DNA from: Planctomycetota bacterium
GTDB lineage: Bacteria > Planctomycetota > B15-G4
Direction of reading: 5' to 3'
Assembly (NCBI GenBank): GCA_038212275.1
Contig: JBBQUR010000027.1
Location: 1-60,389, forward strand
DNA length: 60,389 bases
The translations under genes and the position numbers were made by a program. Below the pieces are notes generated by a model that was not told the DNA's origin, did not search any database, and saw only the letters and a list, made by a program, of their open reading frames with translations. Positions 53,371 through 60,389 of the stretch are shown piece by piece. Numbering within the stretch: position 1 is the first letter of the stretch; every line of letters starts with the position of its first letter.

Positions 53371-53387
53371 TGCACGTCGCGTGCCAA
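53371..53387 (-). promoter_or_regulatory. Putative sigma54 promoter
   Basis: Minus strand TTGGCACGCGACGTGCA, GG-N10-GC, ~35 bp upstream of ATG 53336. Confidence 0.68.
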
Positions 53388-53634
53388 GGCCTGCGCCGCG
53401 GCCACGGCATTCCCTGCTCGATTCAAAGGCCGCATGCGGAGCGCGTGCTCCACGCATGCGGATCATGGCGCGCGACGTCGCTCGATCTTCCGTGACCCAT
53501 GACCGATTGCTCACTTGCTGCATGAGCGCACCGCGCATCGCGCATCGCGCATCGCGGCGCACCGCGGCGCATCACCGCGCATCAGCCGCCGAGTGCCGAT
53601 GCCCGTGCCCATGCATGGTCAGGCGCTTCGGCTG

Positions 53635-55005
53635 CTACGGCGTGATGCCCTGCAAGCCGTTGCTCGCGGACAGCCCTTTGCTCGCGCCTGCATCCTGGAT
53701 CCAGAACTGGAAGATCGCCGTGAGACCCGGGCCCACTCCAGTCGGCCAGGTGAAGGGCAGGCTCATGGCTCCTGCGGCGTTCGTCATGAGCGGAAGCACC
53801 ACGAGCGGCGTCGGTACCAGCGTGCCGCCCTTGAACGGCGCATTGAGAGCCGTCGTGCCGAACATCAGCGTCGCGGCCGAGAACGGTCTGGCGCTCGTGA
53901 GGTTGATCTGGTTGGCCGATCCGTCCGTCAGCGGTCCGCTGCCGACGAGGTGCGGGGTGCCGCCGGTGCCGGCCTTCGCATGGCCGAGGTCGGTCCACGT
54001 CACGGGAGCGGCGCCGGTGTCGAGGCGCTCGACCGTGGCCGTCGGGCCGCTGTCCGTCACGCCGCCGATCACGTAGATGTATCCGTCGGAGCCGAGCGTG
54101 ACGCCGAAGTCGTAGCGCGCGATGTTCAGCGACGGACCGATCGTGAGCTTCGGCTCGAAGCCGCTCTGGTCGAGCACGTAGACCGTCGGCGTGATCACGC
54201 CCGCACCGATCGGGCCGATGTTGCCGCCGATGACATACACGCGGCCGTCGGCGCCGGTCACCGCCTTGCTGTCGCTGGTCTGCACCGGCAGGAACAGCGC
54301 GCCCATGGTCTCCCATGTGTTGGTCGAGACCGTGTACCTGATCGTGTCGTAAAGACGGGACCCGCCAAAGGACGTGTAGCCGCCGAAGCCCCAGATGTGG
54401 CCCTGCCCGTCGTAGGTGGAAGCGATGGACGAGCGCGAGTACGGGAGATAGGCGATCGGCTGCCACGTGTCCGTGATGCCGTCGTAGCGGCTGCAGACGC
54501 CCGAGTTGAAGATGCACGCGTCGCAACCGCCGCCGAGCCGGTAGATGCGCTGGTTGCCGTCCACCGCGAGGCCGAAGTTCTGCGGCGGGTGGACGTTGGA
54601 GACATCAGCCGGCGTGAGGTAAGTGCTGTTGACGGGGTCATAAGCGCGCGGCTCCGCAAGGTCGCCGGTCGCCTGAATGAGGCCGCCGAACACGATGATG
54701 CGATGGAGAGCGTCCACGCCTCCGCCCTGACCGACGGCCGGCCCGATGCCTTCGAGCGAGGCCGCCGAGGTCCATGCACCGTTGGCGAACTTGTAGACGG
54801 AGCCGTCCTGGTCGGTGCCGTTCTGCCAGGGTGACCCGCCCACCATGTAAATCGCGCCGTTGTAGGTCACGGCGAAGGTGTTCACCTTGGGAGCCGGCAT
54901 CGAGGGCGCCAGTTCCCAATCGGCAGCGCGGACGGGAATCGCCCACGTCGCGAGAATGAGCAACACGGAGGCGGCCTCTCGAACGAACGCTGCATGCTGG
55001 AGCAT
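53635..55005 (-). CDS. Secreted Kelch-repeat protein with shared C-terminal domain
   Basis: Signal peptide; IYMVGG, IIVFGG, IYRLGG, IWGFGG, VYVIGG, IYVIGG kelch blades; C-terminal domain 53635-53997. Confidence 0.9.
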   Translation of the reverse strand: MLQHAAFVREAASVLLILATWAIPVRAADWELAPSMPAPKVNTFAVTYNGAIYMVGGSPWQNGTDQDGSVYKFANGAWTSAASLEGIGPAVGQGGGVDALHRIIVFGGLIQATGDLAEPRAYDPVNSTYLTPADVSNVHPPQNFGLAVDGNQRIYRLGGGCDACIFNSGVCSRYDGITDTWQPIAYLPYSRSSIASTYDGQGHIWGFGGYTSFGGSRLYDTIRYTVSTNTWETMGALFLPVQTSDSKAVTGADGRVYVIGGNIGPIGAGVITPTVYVLDQSGFEPKLTIGPSLNIARYDFGVTLGSDGYIYVIGGVTDSGPTATVERLDTGAAPVTWTDLGHAKAGTGGTPHLVGSGPLTDGSANQINLTSARPFSAATLMFGTTALNAPFKGGTLVPTPLVVLPLMTNAAGAMSLPFTWPTGVGPGLTAIFQFWIQDAGASKGLSASNGLQGITP

Positions 55006-55140
55006 CGTGGTGGTTCCTGGGGCGAGGGAAGCAGCGTCGCGAGACGTTCCGCGCGCTGCCGCACAGGGTCTACATGGCGCCAGGTCACAGAGACAGTGAC
55101 CGGTCCGACATGCGCAGCGCACAATCCCCCAGTTCGGATT

Positions 55141-56598
55141 TCACGCCCGCGGCATGAACTCGGTCGAGCCGTGATCCTCGGGCGCCTGCGGCGGAAGCGG
55201 CGCGCGTGGCGATTGCATGCGCACCGACGGCAGGCGGATCTTTTCCCGCGGCAGCAGCTCCCGGGCACGACGAGCCGCCTGGAGCAGTGCGGAGGCGGCG
55301 AGAATGAGCAGCAGCGGCTCGATCACCGAGCGGAAGCGTCCCGAGCCGTAGAAGACGAGCGAGCCGGCCAGCGTGAGCAGCGCCGTCAGCACGAGTGCCG
55401 ATGCGCCGGTGCGTGCGGTGGACGCATCGAGGCCGCGCGTCGCGGGCGACTTCTCCCGCGTGAGCCTCAGCAGTCCGAGCAGCATGAAGGGCAGCAGCAA
55501 TCCGTAGGACAGGCCGACGACCCAGTTGAACAACGCATGCGGCGTCCTGCTGAACGGCGTCCAGAATGCGAGGAAGCGGTACGCGAGCAGGCGCGGCAGC
55601 GCCAGCGGGTTGTCCGCGAGGAACTGCCGGCCGAACTGCCACTCGAGCCTGTCGCGATCGACCTCATCCGGGAGCGCCATGACCTGCGCCTTCTGTTCGA
55701 GCATGGCGCTGGTGGTCACCCAGCCGCCGCGCAACGACTCGTCGTCCAGCACGAGCTGGTTCGTGGCGCCCCAGAACGTGGAGCCGCCGTTGGTGGCGAC
55801 GAGAACGAAGCGGTCGTGCACGAACCAGTTGCGAGCTGTCCAAGGCGCCACCGGCACGACCGCCGCCACGAAGAAGAGCAGCGCGCCCGCCGTCGCGAAC
55901 CGGGGCCGCCGTCTCGCGGCGACAAGGACCAGCAACGCGAGGCAGGGCACGAAGTAGACGGCCAGCGGGCGCGTGAGTACCGCGTAACCGAGCAGGAGTC
56001 CCGCGAGCGACTGGTCCGTCAGGCTTCCGCAGCGCAGCCCGCGGAGCAGCAACCACAGCGACGTGGTCAGCAGCAGCGTGTACAGCGGCTCGCTGGAGAA
56101 GTGCATGCACCAGTACAGCAGGTTGGGATACACGGCCACGAGGAGGCTCGCCAGCAGCGCGGTGGCCTCGTCGGTGATTTCGAGCGCGAGCTTCCAGGTC
56201 GCCAGCGTGAGCAGCGCGCCGATCAGGCAGAACATCACGTGCGCCGCGACATGGTTGCCGGTGCCGAACACCAGGTACACGCTGGCGAGCAGGAAGGGAA
56301 AGCCGGGCGCGCGGAACGACGACAGGCCCTCCGGGTCGATCACGTAGCGACCCTGCTCCACCAGGTTCACCGCGGCGGAGTCGAACTCCACCCCGTCGAA
56401 GAAGGCGCCAGGATCGGGGCCGGAGTCCAGCGGCTCGAAGGCCACGTTGCCCAGCAGGCGGAGCCCGAACGCGAGCACGAAGACGAAGGCGAGCCGACGC
56501 CCCCAGCGCGGTCCGCTTGCAGGCCGGGCCTGCGAGTCGGACGCACCGCCCTGCGCGGCACCTCGCGTCGCGGCGCTGCCGGAAGCCTGGGAGGACAC
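55141..56598 (-). CDS. GT-C (family 39, ArnT/PMT-like) membrane glycosyltransferase
   Basis: D..EF...[41 protein letters not shown]; start uncertain. Confidence 0.88.
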   Translation of the reverse strand: MSSQASGSAATRGAAQGGASDSQARPASGPRWGRRLAFVFVLAFGLRLLGNVAFEPLDSGPDPGAFFDGVEFDSAAVNLVEQGRYVIDPEGLSSFRAPGFPFLLASVYLVFGTGNHVAAHVMFCLIGALLTLATWKLALEITDEATALLASLLVAVYPNLLYWCMHFSSEPLYTLLLTTSLWLLLRGLRCGSLTDQSLAGLLLGYAVLTRPLAVYFVPCLALLVLVAARRRPRFATAGALLFFVAAVVPVAPWTARNWFVHDRFVLVATNGGSTFWGATNQLVLDDESLRGGWVTTSAMLEQKAQVMALPDEVDRDRLEWQFGRQFLADNPLALPRLLAYRFLAFWTPFSRTPHALFNWVVGLSYGLLLPFMLLGLLRLTREKSPATRGLDASTARTGASALVLTALLTLAGSLVFYGSGRFRSVIEPLLLILAASALLQAARRARELLPREKIRLPSVRMQSPRAPLPPQAPEDHGSTEFMPRA

Positions 56599-56867
56599 GT
56601 GCACCTTCCGTTCACGGCATCGGCGGTCCGTTCGGCCGAACCGCAGGCGGGATGTGCAAGCCATGCCGCCCCGGCGGAAGCACGCAGCATCGGCGCCTAT
56701 CGAACATCCGCGGAATGAACTTCACCGGAAGTCGCGCGCCGCCGGAGCCCGCGCGCTCGCGGCAGGCACCGTCGCCCGGTAGCATCCGCGCTCCTCATGT
56801 CGCTTCCCGTGCGCCTTCATGCGCACAGCGCGGCGGCAGGTCCCCGACGACAGCAAAGCGAGACGGC

Positions 56868-58544
56868 ATGCCCTCCGACATCGACATCGCCCAGCAGGCC
56901 CGCATGAAGCGCATCACGCCCCTCGCGGCAGAGCGACTCGGGATCTCCGAGGAACACCTCGAACCCTACGGCCACTACAAGGCCAAGATCTCGCTGGACT
57001 ATCTGCAGTCGCTGGAGGGCCGCCCCGACGGCAAGCTCATCCTCGTCACCGCCATCTCGCCGACGCCCGCGGGCGAGGGCAAGACGACGATGACCGTGGG
57101 CCTCGGCGACGCGCTGGCGCGCATCGGCAAAAAGGCGCTCATCTGCCTGCGCGAACCGTCGCTCGGGCCGGTCTTCGGCATGAAGGGCGGCGCGGCCGGC
57201 GGCGGCTACGCGCAGGTCGTGCCGATGGAGGACATCAATCTCCACTTCACCGGCGACTTCGGCGCCATCCAGCTCGCGAACAACCTGCTCGCGGCGCTGC
57301 TCGACAATCACATCCATCACGGCAACGAGCTGAACCTCGACGTGCGCCGCATCAGCTGGAAGCGCGTGCTGGACATGAACGACCGCGCGCTGCGCGAACT
57401 CGTCGTGTCGCTGGGCGGCGCGACCAATGGCTTTCCGCGCCAGGACGGCTTCGACATCGTGGTCGCGTCCGAGGTCATGGCCATCTTCTGCCTGGCCACG
57501 TCGCTCGCGGACCTCAAGCAGCGCCTCGGCAACATCGTCGTCGGCGAGACGCGCGACAGGAAGCGCGTGACGGCGCGCGACCTCCAGGCCCACGGTGCGA
57601 TGACCGTGCTGCTCAAGGACGCGCTGAAGCCCAATCTGGTGCAGACGCTGGAGAACAACCCGGCCTTCATCCATGGCGGCCCCTTCGCCAACATCGCGCA
57701 CGGCTGCAACTCGGTCATCGCGACGCGCGGCGCGCTCAAGCTCGCGGACTACGTCGTCACCGAAGCAGGCTTCGGCGCGGACCTCGGCGCCGAGAAGTTC
57801 ATCGACATCAAGTGCCGCAAGTCGGGCCTGCGCCCGGCGGCGTGCGTGCTCGTCGCCACGCTGCGCGCGATCAAGTTTCACGGCGGCGCGGACGCCAAGC
57901 AGCTGAACACCGAGGACCTCGGCGCGCTGGAGCGCGGCCTGGCGAACCTCGAGCGCCACGTGCACAACATCCGCACGCACTACGGCCTGCCCTGCGTGGT
58001 GGCGGTGAATCACTTCACGCACGACACCGCCGCGGAGCACGCGCTGCTCGCCTCGCGCCTCGCGAAGCTGGGCGTGCAGGCCATCGTCGCGCGGCACTGG
58101 GCCGAGGGCGGCAAGGGCGCCGAAGACGTGGCGCGCGCGGTCGTCGCGCTGGCCGATGCGCCGGCGGGCGGCATGAAGTTCGTCTACGAGGACAGCCTGC
58201 CGCTCTGGGACAAGCTCGAGACCGTCGCGCGCAGGATTCACGGCGCCGCGGGCATTTCCGCGGACAGCAAGGTGCGCGCGCAGCTCGCGCGCCTGCAGGC
58301 CGACGGCTTCGGCCACTACCCCGTCTGCATCGCCAAGACGCAATACTCGTTCTCGACCGACCCCACCGTGCGCGGCGCGCCGAGCGGCCACGTCATCGAC
58401 ATCCGCGAGGTCCGCCTCGCCGCCGGCGCGGAGTTCATCGTCGCAGTCTGCGGCGACATCATGACCATGCCCGGCCTGCCGAAAACGCCGGCCGCCACGA
58501 AGATCGACATCACCGCGGACGGCAAGGTCGTCGGGCTGTTCTGA
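56868..58544 (+). CDS. fhs: Formate--tetrahydrofolate ligase
   Basis: [81 protein letters not shown]. Confidence 0.97.
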   Translation: MPSDIDIAQQARMKRITPLAAERLGISEEHLEPYGHYKAKISLDYLQSLEGRPDGKLILVTAISPTPAGEGKTTMTVGLGDALARIGKKALICLREPSLGPVFGMKGGAAGGGYAQVVPMEDINLHFTGDFGAIQLANNLLAALLDNHIHHGNELNLDVRRISWKRVLDMNDRALRELVVSLGGATNGFPRQDGFDIVVASEVMAIFCLATSLADLKQRLGNIVVGETRDRKRVTARDLQAHGAMTVLLKDALKPNLVQTLENNPAFIHGGPFANIAHGCNSVIATRGALKLADYVVTEAGFGADLGAEKFIDIKCRKSGLRPAACVLVATLRAIKFHGGADAKQLNTEDLGALERGLANLERHVHNIRTHYGLPCVVAVNHFTHDTAAEHALLASRLAKLGVQAIVARHWAEGGKGAEDVARAVVALADAPAGGMKFVYEDSLPLWDKLETVARRIHGAAGISADSKVRAQLARLQADGFGHYPVCIAKTQYSFSTDPTVRGAPSGHVIDIREVRLAAGAEFIVAVCGDIMTMPGLPKTPAATKIDITADGKVVGLF

Positions 58545-58571
58545 GGGGCGCTTGGGGCGCGGTTCCGCTGG

Positions 58572-58850
58572 GCCGGGTGCTGCCCCTCTGTGGCGAGGTG
58601 GTCGGGGGTCGCATGCAGCGGGAGAGCGCGGCTCGGGAGGCTTGCCCGGCGCTGCGCCCCTGGGACGAATGAACGCGCAGCCATTCCGGGAGCGGCGCCC
58701 TTCGCGCCGGACAAGCCTCCCGATCCGCGCTCGCCGAGGCACGAGTCTCCGTGCCATGCGAAGCGGGGCAGCGCCCGGCTGACGCTACACCGCGCGTGAA
58801 GCGCGTCCCTGGTTTGGAACGCATCCTCCGCAACCCGATAGCGGTGTAGC
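58572..58850. other. Nested inverted-repeat region (structured RNA or palindromic repeat element)
   Basis: Stems 58572-58586/58765-58779, 58609-58615/58755-58761, 58624-58652/58704-58732 and 58784-58793/58841-58850. Confidence 0.6.
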
Positions 58851-58965
58851 CGCAACACGGTCAAGCAACGCGTGATCGGGGATGAGGAAGGGTGGGCGGC
58901 GTGACGCATGCGCTCCACCGTGCGGGATGGACGTTGACGCCGCGCCGCCGCACGTGCGGGCCAGC

Positions 58966-59265
58966 ATGAATGGCCTGGAGCGATTGAAGGTCTCCGCGGA
59001 CGTCCTGGCAGCGCTCTGCCGCGAGTTCGGTGTCGTGGAGTTGAGTGCGTTCGGTTCGGTGCTGCGCCCCGACTTCGGGGCCGAGAGCGACGTGGATCTG
59101 CTCGTCGTCTTCGAACCGGGCAGGGCTGTCGGATTGTTTCACCTGCTGCGCCTGCAGCACCGACTCACCACGCTCATCGGACGACCCGTTGATCTCGTAC
59201 CCAAAGCCGGCCTGAAGCCCCTCATCCTGGAGCAGGTCCTGGCCAGCGCCCGGCCACTCTACTGA
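58966..59265 (+). CDS. Minimal nucleotidyltransferase (MNT/MntA-like antitoxin), C-terminus clipped by IS630
   Basis: FGSVLR.DF...SDVDLLV (GSX10DXD), GRPVDLV; the stop codon lies inside the IS left end. Confidence 0.9.
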   Translation: MNGLERLKVSADVLAALCREFGVVELSAFGSVLRPDFGAESDVDLLVVFEPGRAVGLFHLLRLQHRLTTLIGRPVDLVPKAGLKPLILEQVLASARPLY

Positions 59266-60387
59266 GTCCGGCGTTACTTTGGGATGATCTCTGCGTCAGG
59301 TCTGTATGATCACCCTGATGAAGCGTCGCGATGCCCGCAGCCTGGACCACGACACATTGGAGGAGCTGCGCCGGTTGTCGGTGCGACGCGTGCAGGCGGG
59401 CGAGCGGATCAAGGACGTCGCTGCGAGCATCGAGCAGCATCCCAATACCGTCAGCAAGTGGATGGCGGCCTTTCGCGAGGGTGGCGAGGCTGCGCTGGCA
59501 AGCACCAAGGCTCCAGGAGCGCCGACCAAGCTGAATGGGGCGCAAGCGAAGCGGCTGGCACGCATCGTGATCGGCAAGAATCCGCGACAGCTCAGCTTCG
59601 GACCGGCCTTGTGGACACTTCCGTTGGTCGGGCAGCTCATCACTCAGTTGTTCAACGTGGTGCTGCACGAGACCACCGTTTCGAGGGTCCTCCACAAGCT
59701 GGGCATCACGCCCCAGAAGCCGGTGCGCCGCGCCTTTCAGCGCGACGACGATGAGGTCAGGCGTTGGGTCACGACGACGTTTCCCGCCATCGTGCGCGCC
59801 TCCAGGCGTCGTCAATCGACGCTGCTTTTCTCGGACGAAACCGGTGTGCAGGAAGATCACGCGTTGGCCACGACGTGGGGGTTGGCGGGCAAGACACCGG
59901 TGGTCGACGTCACGGGCAGTCGGCGCCGCATCAACGTGATCTCGGCCATCAGCGTGCGCGGGCGTCTGTGGTTCCGCTGCTACAAGGGCACGCTGACCGC
60001 GACGCTCTTCATCGCGTTCCTGCGCGACCTCCTGCACGACACATCCAAGCCTATCGACCTGGTGCTGGATCGCCACCCCGCACACACCGCCGCGGCCACC
60101 ATGCGCTTCATCCACGAACATCGCGATCGGCTGCGCGTGCACTGGCTGCCTGGCTACGCTCCCAATCTCAATCCCAGCGAGCACGTCTGGTCTCTGCTCA
60201 AGGGCTTCTTCCGCCGCAATCCACTTGATGCGCGTGAGGATCTCAAGCAGGCGGTCGAGGACGAGCTTGCCAACGTCAAGAGTGACCGCGAACGTGTGCG
60301 CGCTTTCTTCGGCCACCCCGAAGTGAGCTACATCCGCGAGGCACTCGGATGGTGACACGTTCACTCCCTATCCAATGCAAGACTCAG
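59262..60387 (+). mobile_element. IS630-family insertion sequence, 1126 bp, TA target duplication
   Basis: TA|CTGAGTC...GACTCAG|TA; imperfect IR of ~14 bp; single transposase ORF; lower GC than flanks. Confidence 0.93.
59318..60355 (+). CDS. IS630 family DDE transposase
   Basis: HTH region, LGITPQKP, FSDETG, VLDRHPAH, PGYAPNLNPSEHVW; alternative ATG at 59306. Confidence 0.93.
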   Translation: MKRRDARSLDHDTLEELRRLSVRRVQAGERIKDVAASIEQHPNTVSKWMAAFREGGEAALASTKAPGAPTKLNGAQAKRLARIVIGKNPRQLSFGPALWTLPLVGQLITQLFNVVLHETTVSRVLHKLGITPQKPVRRAFQRDDDEVRRWVTTTFPAIVRASRRRQSTLLFSDETGVQEDHALATTWGLAGKTPVVDVTGSRRRINVISAISVRGRLWFRCYKGTLTATLFIAFLRDLLHDTSKPIDLVLDRHPAHTAAATMRFIHEHRDRLRVHWLPGYAPNLNPSEHVWSLLKGFFRRNPLDAREDLKQAVEDELANVKSDRERVRAFFGHPEVSYIREALGW

Positions 60388-60389
60388 TA

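Noticed and set aside
56645..56670. Sigma54-like GGCATGGCTTGCA upstream of the GT39 gene
   Set aside because: GG-to-GC spacing is 8 rather than the required 10.
56600..56867. ZTP or THF riboswitch upstream of fhs
   Set aside because: Conserved motifs not recognisable.

Overview
High-GC bacterial DNA, most likely an uncultured Planctomycetota lineage (inferred from Ser/Thr kinase-ECF sigma pairing, HEAT-repeat, sulfatase-like and DUF1570-like secreted proteins). About 42 CDS, including groES/groEL, thiE, gltA, glpK/glpD, recQ, fhs, a system II cytochrome c maturation cluster, a sigma54 activator facing a CMD/AhpD-PNPOx operon, two kinases and an ECF sigma. Main observations: (1) four unrelated secreted proteins end in the same ~120-aa C-terminal domain, a candidate lineage-specific sorting or surface-anchoring signal; (2) a readable sigma54 circuit with a -24/-12 promoter and three CACGA-N4-TCGTG boxes; (3) groEL switches to Bacteroidota-like sequence at ~650-700, probably an assembly chimera; (4) an IS630 is inserted in the final Tyr codon of an MNT antitoxin-like gene and ends at the window edge; (5) a 77-bp IS3-type ends-only element, two truncated genes and a highly structured intergenic region after fhs. 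No rRNA, tRNA or CRISPR array was recognised. All family assignments are by eye from motifs; no searches were run.
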